Source of the DNA: Candidatus Cloacimonadota bacterium
GTDB taxonomy: Bacteria > Cloacimonadota > Cloacimonadia > Cloacimonadales > TCS61
Assembly (NCBI GenBank): GCA_027064945.1
Contig: JAMOPB010000260.1
Location: 1 to 43,894, forward strand
DNA length: 43,894 bases
Direction: 5' to 3'
Made by a program: the position numbers and the translations under genes. Shown piece by piece: positions 35,589 through 43,894 of this stretch (positions within the stretch are counted from its first letter, which is position 1; the number at the start of each line of letters is the position of its first letter). The notes under the pieces were generated by a model. That model made no database searches. It saw only the letters and a program-made list of their open reading frames with translations, and was not told where the DNA came from.

Positions 35589-36356
35589 ATGAGAAATGGA
35601 AAAATAGTTTTTATACTAATGGCATTTTTATTAATACTGACTTCCTGTACTAAGAAACCCGATAAACCTAAGGAACTTCTAATTTATTGCGGAATTACGT
35701 TGATCCAACCAATTATGGAGATAAAAACAATTGTTGAAAAAGAATATGATTGTAATATTCTGGTTACTAAAGGCGGATCAGGCAATTTATTAACATCACT
35801 AAAATTAAGCAAGATAGGCGATCTTTATTTACCTGGTTCCGAATCTTATATAAAGCAGTGTTACAAGGAAGATCTTATTGCTGATACAGTTTTTGTAGGC
35901 TGCAACAGGGCATCTATTATGGTGCAAAAAGGTAATCCGAAAAATATCTCATCTGATCTGAATAACTTCACAAATAAAGATTATGCGGTTGTAATTGGAA
36001 ACCCTGAAAGTGGCAGTATTGGCAAAGAGACAAAGAAAATTCTAACCAAAAAAGGAATATACAAACAAGTTCTTGGTAATGTGTTATTTTTGACAACAGA
36101 TTCCAAAGATTTATTCCGAGTTCTTAAAGATAAAGAAGCTGATTTAGTTATAAATTGGTATGCAGTTTCACAATGGGAGGAAAACAAAGATTATGTAACA
36201 GCAATAAAGATCGACGAAAAATATGCCAATAAGAAAAGATTAGTAATCGGATCATTAAAAACATCAAAATATCCTGAAATTGCTAAAAGGTTTATGGAAA
36301 TTGCAGGAAGTAAAGAGGGAAAAGAGATTTTCCGAAAATACGGTTTTGGGCAATAG
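35589..36356 (+). CDS. Periplasmic substrate-binding lipoprotein, ModA/molybdate-tungstate-binding-like fold
   Basis: Lipobox ILTS|CTKK. ITLIQPIMEIKTIVEKEYDCNILVTKGGSGNLLTSLK...GDLYLPGSESYIKQ resembles the ModA-type GGSG region. ATG 35589 lies 6 nt after AGGAGG; the listed GTG 35550 start is unlikely. Confidence 0.55.
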   Translation: MRNGKIVFILMAFLLILTSCTKKPDKPKELLIYCGITLIQPIMEIKTIVEKEYDCNILVTKGGSGNLLTSLKLSKIGDLYLPGSESYIKQCYKEDLIADTVFVGCNRASIMVQKGNPKNISSDLNNFTNKDYAVVIGNPESGSIGKETKKILTKKGIYKQVLGNVLFLTTDSKDLFRVLKDKEADLVINWYAVSQWEENKDYVTAIKIDEKYANKKRLVIGSLKTSKYPEIAKRFMEIAGSKEGKEIFRKYGFGQ

Positions 36357-36366
36357 GAGATTATAA

Positions 36367-38505
36367 ATGATTTCATCATTAAAAGATCCAATCCGAAGCA
36401 AAGTTGTTCTTATTGTTATCTTATCCATAACTTCCTTAATAATAATAACTATTTCCCAATTGTTCTTTTTTAAAGTATATGTTGGAAAGCTGGAAACTGA
36501 GATCAATAATCAAATTGCTAAATTGGAAATTGGTGAGTTAATTACAAGGAATATTAATAAAAGCCATCTGGAGATTACACATTTATTAAAATCATCAAAC
36601 CCTTTATCATTTGATATGTACAAACAAAAAAATAATGAGATCTGTAATCAAACTTTAAAACTTCTTTCAATCCTTCAAAATGGGGGAGAATATAATTATA
36701 TATATAGATTAAATTTAGCAAAACGTGATATGGGAAATAGAATAATCACCTACAAAAAACCTGCTGATGAAGGGATTGTATTGGAAGTAATTGATCTTCT
36801 TCCTAAAATTATGTCTATAAAAACAGGTTTTAAGGAACTCTTGGATATTCAAGAAAAAATTTCAAATCCTGAATTTGCAAGTGAAAAGGAACATCTTAAA
36901 AAAGAAGCTATTTACCAAGAAATGATGTTACATACTCTTTATGAAAGAGCAATCGAAGATATTAGTAAGATAATATACGAAGTTGATAAGAAGATCTATC
37001 ATTTGAAGAAGCATAAGGAAAAGATAAGAGCAATTAATACGTATGTTTTTTTACTATTACTATCGTTTTTCTCAATAATTATTTTTGTTGTGTCGTTTCT
37101 ATTAAATAAACAAATAAAGAGTATTCAAAATGAGAATAAAGAAAACACAGAACGTTTTAAAGCTTTTTCCGAAGCAACTTTTGAAGGTCTGTTTTTTTCC
37201 GAAAATGGTAAAATTTTTGATATGAATGACAAAGTGACTGATATTACCGGTTATACTTTGAAGGAAATACAGGATTATAGTAAAGCTGATATTATTGATG
37301 AAAAATGGAAGAAATTAATAACGGAGAATATGGAATCTAATTTAGAACTAGCTTACGATATAGTTGCTACCGGGAAAGATGGAGAAAAAATTAATCTGGA
37401 AATTAAAGGGAAAACTTTTAATTATAAAAACAAATTAATAAGAGTAGCCTCAATAAAAGATATTACTGCACGTAAGAAGGCAGAACAAGAGTTAATTAAA
37501 AGCAAAGAAAAATTCCAATCATTAACAGAGATAATGAAGGATGTAGTTGTAAGGATTTCCATAACAGGAGAATTATTGTATGTAAGCCCATCTATTGAAC
37601 AATTCGGTGGTTATAATTACATTGAAGAGATTGGGAATCACTTTTCAAAATATTTAGCAGATCCAACAGACCTTCAAAGAGCATTAGAACTCTTTGAAGA
37701 AGTACAGAAAAATCCCAAGAGCGGTACTTTTGAATTTTTATTCAAACCTCGAAAAGGAAGGCCTTTCTTTGTTGAATTAACTTATAAACCGTTAATTAAA
37801 TCCGGTAAAACATATGCAGTACAACTGATTCTACGTGATATAACAGAACGTAAACAAGTAGAAAATAAACTAAAGACCGGGAAAGAGCGATTAAAAATGC
37901 TGAATAAAATCATCCGTCACGATCTTTCAAATGATTTCATAGCAATCAATAGCGCTGTTAAAATTTTCAAATTAACAGGAGATAAATCTATGCTCGATGA
38001 AATTAGTAAGAAAATATCTCAGAGTCTTGAAACTATAAAGAGTTATCGAAATTACGAAACCTCTATTGATTCAAATAAGAATTTAGATATTATAGATCTT
38101 AAACAAATGTTTGGGAAAATAATATCTAAATTTTCAAAAGTTGATATTAATATCATAGGCAATGATAAAGTTTATGCTGATGATACATTAAATTCTGTTT
38201 TTTGTAATCTAATTTCAAATTCTATTACTCACGGCAAAGCTACCAAAATAGAAATTGAAATTTCTTCCAAAGATACTATTTGTGAAATCAAATATTCGGA
38301 TAACGGGAAAGGTATTTCTGAGGAAATCAAAGATAAGATATTTGAGGAAGGTTTCTTTTATGGAGAATCTGGTCATACAGGCATGGGATTGCACATTGTA
38401 AAAGAAACAATGTCTTATTATAATGGTTCAATTTCTGTTATCGATAACCAAAAAGTTGGTGCACACTTTTTATTAAAACTGAATAAAGTAGTTTTACCGA
38501 CATAA
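36367..38505 (+). CDS. Membrane sensor histidine kinase (two TM segments flanking a roughly 190-aa extracytoplasmic domain, two PAS domains, RHDLSN-type H-box, HATPase_c); no cognate regulator adjacent
   Basis: TM1 VVLIVILSITSLIIITISQLFFF, TM2 YVFLLLLSFFSIIIFVVSFLL. PAS segments (FKAFSEATFEGLFF..., FQSLTEIMKDVVVRIS...). H-box LNKIIRHDLSNDF, N-box FCNLISNSITHG, G-boxes SDNGKGI and GHTGMGLHIV. Confidence 0.85.
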   Translation: MISSLKDPIRSKVVLIVILSITSLIIITISQLFFFKVYVGKLETEINNQIAKLEIGELITRNINKSHLEITHLLKSSNPLSFDMYKQKNNEICNQTLKLLSILQNGGEYNYIYRLNLAKRDMGNRIITYKKPADEGIVLEVIDLLPKIMSIKTGFKELLDIQEKISNPEFASEKEHLKKEAIYQEMMLHTLYERAIEDISKIIYEVDKKIYHLKKHKEKIRAINTYVFLLLLSFFSIIIFVVSFLLNKQIKSIQNENKENTERFKAFSEATFEGLFFSENGKIFDMNDKVTDITGYTLKEIQDYSKADIIDEKWKKLITENMESNLELAYDIVATGKDGEKINLEIKGKTFNYKNKLIRVASIKDITARKKAEQELIKSKEKFQSLTEIMKDVVVRISITGELLYVSPSIEQFGGYNYIEEIGNHFSKYLADPTDLQRALELFEEVQKNPKSGTFEFLFKPRKGRPFFVELTYKPLIKSGKTYAVQLILRDITERKQVENKLKTGKERLKMLNKIIRHDLSNDFIAINSAVKIFKLTGDKSMLDEISKKISQSLETIKSYRNYETSIDSNKNLDIIDLKQMFGKIISKFSKVDINIIGNDKVYADDTLNSVFCNLISNSITHGKATKIEIEISSKDTICEIKYSDNGKGISEEIKDKIFEEGFFYGESGHTGMGLHIVKETMSYYNGSISVIDNQKVGAHFLLKLNKVVLPT

Positions 38506-38634
38506 TCGTATAATCTTCTAATGCACCTGTATTTAATCAAGATTACTTACACGTTTAAAAAAAATAATTTTTCTGAAAGAAAAAATAGATAAGCAGTTTA
38601 ATAATTGCTCAAATAAAAAAAAGTGAGGTAAAGT

Positions 38635-41600
38635 ATGAAGAAAATTGTTGTTTTGCTGATTTTAGCTTTGTTTGTTTCCCTTTCGGCAGAATGGGTGAGC
38701 GTAAATAATTCTACTAAGTTATTTGATGTAAATAGTTCAAGAGCGTTGGATGAAACTAACATTGATTTCCAACTTAACGGATATGAAATTAATTCAATAA
38801 ATTATGAAGGTATAGATTATACACAGATTTCTTATGATAGAGAATCTGAAATTATAGCTGAGGGAATGCCTAATCTTCCAAGATTTACCAGGATGATTGC
38901 TATTCCAAATTATGGTGATGTGGAAATCTTAGTGAATGATTATAAAAGTGAGATAATTTCGGACGTTGTGGTTTATCCTCGCCAAGCTTTGCAAAGTGAG
39001 AGTTCTGAACCTGATAGATCTTTTAAGATAAATCATGAATACTATAATAATGGGGATGTATTCCCGGAAAAAATAGCTAAAGTGGGAACTCCCGCCATTT
39101 TCAGAGATTACAGAATTGTTTCGGTTACATTTAATCCTTTTAGATATAATCCTAAAACAAAAGAATTGGAAATTATATCTGAAATGAAGGTAACTGTAAG
39201 AACTATAGGTCAAGAAGGTGAAAATCAAAAAATTACAAATAGGAAAATTTCACGTTCTTTCCAAAAACTGTATGAAGCATCTATCTTAAATTATGATGCA
39301 ATTTCATATAATAGAGATGAAGATTTTCAAACTCCGTGCTATCTTTTTATTACACCGAATAATACAGATTTAATGAATGCTTTGGATGAGCTGGTAGCTT
39401 GGAAACATCAAAAAGGTTTTGAAGTCCATACAGTAAGCACCTCCGAGACAGGGAGTACTAATACGGCAATCAAGAATTATATTCAAAATGCTTATGATAC
39501 TTGGGAAAATCCTCCTGAATATGTTGTTTTGATTGGAGATGTTGGCGGCTCTTATAATATTCCAACATTTATTGAAAATTGGTCCGGCTATAATGGAGCA
39601 GGAGATCAACCTTATGCTCTGATGGAAGGTGATGACATTTTAGCTGACCTATCTTTAGGAAGATTATCGATAGATAATTTAGGTCATTTCTTAACAATAA
39701 AAAACAAAATATTGATGTATGAACAAGCTCCTTATATGGAATCTAATTGGTTTGAACGTGCAGTAATGGTGGGAGATCCATCTCATTCAGGTCCATCCTG
39801 CATAGACACTAAACAAGATATTACAGATATGATTATGCAGAAAAACCCAAATTTTGAAATTACCGAAGTATATAATGGTGGTTGGGCAAATGGGTTATCA
39901 GATGGAATTGATAGTGGTGTGTCTTATGCAAATTATCGTGGCTATATTGGTATGAGCGGATTTGACGTAGATGATATTGAAAGCTTGAACAATGGACCAC
40001 AATTACCATTTGCAACAATTCTAACTTGTGATACGGGAACATTCAACTCAAGTTATGGCGAAGCACGTTCAGAAGTTTTTTTGCGTGCCGGAACTACATC
40101 TATTCCAAAAGGTGCAATCGGTTCAATTGGTGTTGCTACCAGTGGTACTCATACATGCTTTAATAATTGCGTTGATGCAGGAATTTATTATGGAATATTT
40201 AATGAAAATATTTCCAGGATGGGGGATAGTGTAGTTCGTGCTAAACTTCATCTTTATAATTCATATCCTGATAATCCGGCTAATAAAGTGGATATTTTTT
40301 CTTATTGGAACAATCTAATGGGTGATCCAGGTTTGGAATTATGGACATCTACACCCGAGGAAATGAATGTTACTTATGATAGTAGCATTAGTCTTGGAAC
40401 CTATTTAGCTGAAGTTGTTGTAGAAGATAATGATGGGAATCCTATTGAAAATGCTTGGGTTTGTGCATTGCAAGGCGATGACGTTATTTTTGAATCAGGT
40501 ATAACAGATGCTGAAGGTAAAGTGTTTTTACCTGTTCTTGATGGAGAAGAAGGTGCTATTCAATTAACTGTAACTGCTAATGGATATATTCCTCATTTGG
40601 GACAAATCAATATGGGCGGTGCTGCAAATAATGTAGCTGTGGATTTAGTTACAATTGTAAATGACGATAATAATGATGGTTTAGCAAATCCGGGTGAAAC
40701 AATGGATCTGAATGTTACTTTGGAAAATCATAGTTCAACCGATTACTCTAATGTAATTGTGAATTTAAGTTGTGAAGAACCTCTTGTTGATATTCAAATA
40801 GATTCTGCTACTATTGATAATATTGAAGCTGGAGCTCAAGAAACTGCAGTTTTCTCAATTTCATTAAATGAAACATTATTGGGAACACAAGAAGTTATCT
40901 TAGATTTTGAAATTTCAGGAGAAGAATATCACTATAATTTACCAATTGCCGGAGCTGCGCTTTTAATTGAGCAAGTAAACACGGAAATTGATCCCGGTGG
41001 TCAAGCAAATCTTACTCTTACACTAAGAAATATTGGCTGGATAGATTTGGCTAATTCAAATGCAATATTAGTTTCGGATCATGATTTTATCTCTGTAATT
41101 GATGATCAAGGTGCATTTACTACAATCTTAGTAGGAGATACAAATACAAACACAAGCGATGATTTTACTATTAGCTGTAACAATAATTCATTACCCGGTG
41201 CTCAATATCCAATGCATGTAAATATTACAAACGCAGATGGGTTTAATCAGGAATTACATTTCTTTGTGGAAATTGGAGAAGTAACAGTAAACGATCCGCT
41301 TGGACCTGATGAATATGGATATGTTTGTTATGATAGCAATGATACCGGATATTATCAAGCTCCTGAATATGATTGGTTGGAAATTAATAATATCGGTACA
41401 AATTTAAATTTAAGTGATAATGGTAATCATGGTGATATTGCGACAGTAGATTTGCCTTTCACATTCAGATTTTATGGCGAAGATTATGACGAAATAACAA
41501 TTTGTACCAATGGTTGGATTGCACCGGGCGTAGTGGAATCAGAATCATTTATGAACTGGTCGATTCCTGGTGCAGGTGGACCATCTCCAATGATTGCCGC

Positions 41601-43894
41601 TTTCTGGGATGATTTATTAACCGGTGATGTGTATTATCATTATAATAGTGCTCAAAATTTATTTGTCATTGAATGGGATGAAATGCAAAATCAGCATCAA
41701 GCCAGTTATCATGAAACTTTCCAAGTGATTCTGTATGATCCTGTTTATTATCAAACCACAAGCGGGAATGGAAATATTAAAATTCAATATAAAGAGTTTA
41801 ATAATGTAGATAGTGGAAGTTATTCCGGTGGTGTTTCTCACGGAGCTTATGCCACAATAGGAATTGAAGACCAAACCGGTAGTTTTGGATTGGAATATAG
41901 TTATTATAATGAATATCCAACTGCTGCAATGCCACTTGAAGATGAAACAGCTATTTTCTTTACAGAAGCGCCGGTTCCACTTGAAGAACCTTTTTTGGTT
42001 ATTGATAGCGTTGAGATACATGATGTCAATGGACAGGTTGATCATGGTGAAACCGTAGATTTTTCTGTTTTGATTAAAAATATGGGTGAGAATCCTGCAA
42101 CTGATGTTTCTGCTACAATCTTTTCTGATGATCCTTATGTAACAATAAATCAAAATTCATCTGATTATAATGATGTATCTAATGAATTCCCGGCTAATAA
42201 TCTTACATTATATAATATTACTGTAGCAGAAGATTGCCCTAATGGATATTCTATTCCATTTACAATAAATATTGAGACGGAGCAAGCAGATTGGGAATTA
42301 ACCTTTAGTATCAATGTTTTTGCACCTGAACTATCTTTTGTAGGTCAATATATTGATGATGGAGATAATAATATCTTAGATCCGGGAGAATCTGCTAATT
42401 TGCTTTTGGTTTTTTCCAATACAGGTGGCACAAGCGCATTAAATGCTGTGCTAACTGCAACAATGGATGATGATTTTGTAACTTTGAATGCTACAGAATA
42501 TGAAATTGGCAATATTTTGCCCAATACTACAGTTACTGCAATTTTACCAATCACAGCAGACGAAGATGTTGAAATAGGTCATATTGCAGAATTTGAATGG
42601 GATATTTCAGCAAATCTGGGAATAAATATTTCCAATACTTCCTCTATAGTTATTTCTCAAATTCCTGTTCAAATTGAAGAACATTTTGATTCTTGGCTTC
42701 CTACCGGTTGGACAACTGAAGGAATTGGTGGAAGCAATTGGAATAGTAGTAACAGCAATTCTGCCGGTGGAACAGCACCTGAGGCTTGTATGAGTTGGGC
42801 TCCACAGTTTAATGGGGAAGGTCTGCTAATTACCAATGTGATTAACTCTTTGGGATCTTCTATGTTAGTTCTGGAATTTAAACATTATGTTAATGATTTT
42901 GCAGGAAGTGAATATACTCTTGGTGTGAAATCTACAAGCGATGGAGGAGAAACATGGAATGATATCTGGAATATTTCTCCTACCAATAGTGTTCCACCTG
43001 AAACTATCGAATTGGAAGTAGATAATCCGGATGTTGGTTCTCAACAATTACAATTAGCTTTTTACTTGGAAGGTAATTCATATAATATCAATAACTGGTA
43101 TATCGATGATGTAATAATTTCAGGCGGATCAGGTGGAGTTTTAGGTTATGCAAGTGGAAACATTAGTTTATCAGGTGATGGTGATCCTTCCAATGTTCAA
43201 ATTAGCATTGATGGTTGGGCAACTCAACCGGATGAGTCAGGTGATTATTATTTGGCTGTAATTCCCGGTACCCATACTATAACAGCCAGTTTGCCCGGAT
43301 ATCAAACCTTTGAATCTGAGATTGAAATTATTGCAGGAGAAGTTACTGATTTTGATTTCCAATTGTTAGCATTGGAAGATATGGTGCCTCCATCTAATTT
43401 ACAGGCTTTTGTGGATAACTGTTCTGTAACTCTTACTTGGGAATCCCCTTCAAGAAGTGCAACTTCCATAACATCTAAGAAAGAAAATAATTCAAATGCT
43501 CGTGCTGAACGTAATCACATAGGTTATAGGATTTATAGAAATAATATTGCCATAGAAGATATTTCTGATACAGCAACAACGGAATATCTTGATGCAGAAT
43601 TGGTGAATGGAATTTATGAATATTATGTTACCTCAATTTATACCGAGGGAGAATCCATAGCTTCTAATTCGGTTGAAATTGAAATTATCTTAGATGACGC
43701 AGATGATTATATTCCGCTGGTAACAGCATTAAATGGGAACTACCCGAATCCATTTAATCCAACTACAACCATTAGTTTTGATTTAGCAAACTCAAGTGAT
43801 GTGAAATTAGAAGTTTATAATATCAAAGGGCAAAAAATTATAACTTTGGCTGATGATAATTATGCTGCCGGACAATATTCAATTACTTGGAATG
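38635..43894 (+). CDS. Giant C25 (gingipain-like) family protein, paralog 3; the 3' end runs off the window and it is absent from the supplied ORF track
   Basis: ATG 38635 after GTGAGG. I translated frame 1 by eye from 38635 to 43893 and saw no stop. MKKIVVLLILALFVSLSA|EWVSVNNSTKLFDVNSS... is collinear with paralog 2 (EGMPNLPRFTRMIAIP, YVVLIGDVGGSYNIPTF, PFATILTCDTGTF, FTFRFYGEDYDEITICTNGWI, MIAAFWDDL). It ends inside the CTD NYPNPFNPTTTISFDLANSSDVKLEVYNIKGQKI. Confidence 0.85.
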   Translation, partial: MKKIVVLLILALFVSLSAEWVSVNNSTKLFDVNSSRALDETNIDFQLNGYEINSINYEGIDYTQISYDRESEIIAEGMPNLPRFTRMIAIPNYGDVEILVNDYKSEIISDVVVYPRQALQSESSEPDRSFKINHEYYNNGDVFPEKIAKVGTPAIFRDYRIVSVTFNPFRYNPKTKELEIISEMKVTVRTIGQEGENQKITNRKISRSFQKLYEASILNYDAISYNRDEDFQTPCYLFITPNNTDLMNALDELVAWKHQKGFEVHTVSTSETGSTNTAIKNYIQNAYDTWENPPEYVVLIGDVGGSYNIPTFIENWSGYNGAGDQPYALMEGDDILADLSLGRLSIDNLGHFLTIKNKILMYEQAPYMESNWFERAVMVGDPSHSGPSCIDTKQDITDMIMQKNPNFEITEVYNGGWANGLSDGIDSGVSYANYRGYIGMSGFDVDDIESLNNGPQLPFATILTCDTGTFNSSYGEARSEVFLRAGTTSIPKGAIGSIGVATSGTHTCFNNCVDAGIYYGIFNENISRMGDSVVRAKLHLYNSYPDNPANKVDIFSYWNNLMGDPGLELWTSTPEEMNVTYDSSISLGTYLAEVVVEDNDGNPIENAWVCALQGDDVIFESGITDAEGKVFLPVLDGEEGAIQLTVTANGYIPHLGQINMGGAANNVAVDLVTIVNDDNNDGLANPGETMDLNVTLENHSSTDYSNVIVNLSCEEPLVDIQIDSATIDNIEAGAQETAVFSISLNETLLGTQEVILDFEISGEEYHYNLPIAGAALLIEQVNTEIDPGGQANLTLTLRNIGWIDLANSNAILVSDHDFISVIDDQGAFTTILVGDTNTNTSDDFTISCNNNSLPGAQYPMHVNITNADGFNQELHFFVEIGEVTVNDPLGPDEYGYVCYDSNDTGYYQAPEYDWLEINNIGTNLNLSDNGNHGDIATVDLPFTFRFYGEDYDEITICTNGWIAPGVVESESFMNWSIPGAGGPSPMIAAFWDDLLTGDVYYHYNSAQNLFVIEWDEMQNQHQASYHETFQVILYDPVYYQTTSGNGNIKIQYKEFNNVDSGSYSGGVSHGAYATIGIEDQTGSFGLEYSYYNEYPTAAMPLEDETAIFFTEAPVPLEEPFLVIDSVEIHDVNGQVDHGETVDFSVLIKNMGENPATDVSATIFSDDPYVTINQNSSDYNDVSNEFPANNLTLYNITVAEDCPNGYSIPFTINIETEQADWELTFSINVFAPELSFVGQYIDDGDNNILDPGESANLLLVFSNTGGTSALNAVLTATMDDDFVTLNATEYEIGNILPNTTVTAILPITADEDVEIGHIAEFEWDISANLGINISNTSSIVISQIPVQIEEHFDSWLPTGWTTEGIGGSNWNSSNSNSAGGTAPEACMSWAPQFNGEGLLITNVINSLGSSMLVLEFKHYVNDFAGSEYTLGVKSTSDGGETWNDIWNISPTNSVPPETIELEVDNPDVGSQQLQLAFYLEGNSYNINNWYIDDVIISGGSGGVLGYASGNISLSGDGDPSNVQISIDGWATQPDESGDYYLAVIPGTHTITASLPGYQTFESEIEIIAGEVTDFDFQLLALEDMVPPSNLQAFVDNCSVTLTWESPSRSATSITSKKENNSNARAERNHIGYRIYRNNIAIEDISDTATTEYLDAELVNGIYEYYVTSIYTEGESIASNSVEIEIILDDADDYIPLVTALNGNYPNPFNPTTTISFDLANSSDVKLEVYNIKGQKIITLADDNYAAGQYSITWN
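43702..43894 (+). repeat. CTD-coding segment nearly identical at nucleotide level to 35006..35198
   Basis: Same alignment as the partner repeat; truncated by the window end. Confidence 0.8.

Noticed and set aside
876-35591. Extended start codons given in the track: ATG 876 (queC), GTG 5103 (regulator), ATG 17940 (pilN), TTG 19641 (pilQ), GTG 35550 (binding protein)
   Set aside because: In each case a downstream ATG (888, 5112, 17970, 19665, 35589) sits 6-9 nt after a GGAG-type RBS. It gives an N-terminus matching the family (PP-loop, receiver beta1, INL motif, signal peptide, lipoprotein signal) and removes an implausible overlap with the upstream gene.
107-36506. Other short nested or antisense ORFs from the track (e.g. 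107..295-, 301..636-, 8219..8527+, 12686..12955-, 17002..17382-, 19637..19897-, 36264..36506-)
   Set aside because: Each overlaps a well-supported longer gene on the same or opposite strand. None has an RBS or a recognisable motif.
38929-43047. Listed ORFs 38929..39228(-), 39370..39609(-), 39860..40042(-), 40028..40234(+), 41659..42153(-), 41864..42058(+), 42345..42554(-) and 42865..43047(-) as possible small genes
   Set aside because: All lie inside, or antisense to, the long open frame-1 C25 paralog (38635 to the end). Their translations are low-complexity (I/F/N/K-rich) with no motifs, so they are shadow ORFs of an AT-rich coding region.
1-43894. Mobile elements, integrases, tRNA/rRNA genes, CRISPR arrays or toxin-antitoxin or defence cassettes
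   Set aside because: No transposase or integrase motifs, no terminal inverted repeats, no GC-rich structured RNA-like islands in the intergenic regions, and no regularly spaced direct repeats were seen. The only long repeats are the paralogous C25/CTD coding segments.

Overview
AT-rich (about one third G+C by eye) bacterial window, almost entirely coding on the + strand. The C-terminal sorting tails of the large secreted proteins suggest the FCB superphylum or a related candidate phylum, but the taxon cannot be fixed from sequence. Left to right: the 3' part of an NFACT/RqcH gene, queC and a secreted TPR protein. Then a signalling block: a soluble REC-PAS-PAS histidine kinase, an NtrC-type sigma-54 activator and two single-domain response regulators, one on the - strand. 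Next comes a 1222-aa gingipain-like (C25) protein with a T9SS-type C-terminal domain (CTD). A 570-bp AT-rich leader follows, carrying a GG-N10-GC sigma-54 promoter candidate. After it is a complete type IVa pilus gene set in one co-directional string: pilA, pilT, three pilin-like genes including an 802-aa PilX_N-type protein, pilMNOPQ, a multi-Ig lipoprotein, and pilBCD. This string runs without a strong terminator into a 1005-aa CTD protein, a small paralogous lipoprotein and a 1767-aa C25-like CTD protein. After a strong terminator come a ModA-like lipoprotein and an orphan membrane histidine kinase. The last feature is a third C25-like giant ORF (38635 to the window end). It is missing from the supplied ORF track because it has no stop codon in the window. 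Most noteworthy: (1) the physical coupling of the pilus machine to T9SS-tailed giant proteins; (2) the uncharacterised 802-aa pilin-like protein and the Ig-lipoprotein inside the pilus operon; (3) two C25 paralogs with Tyr where the catalytic His is expected; (4) gene-conversion-like patches between the paralogs; (5) a sigma-54 promoter with palindrome in front of pilA; (6) tandem MshEN-type motifs in PilB. No rRNA, tRNA, CRISPR array, transposase or integrase was recognised.
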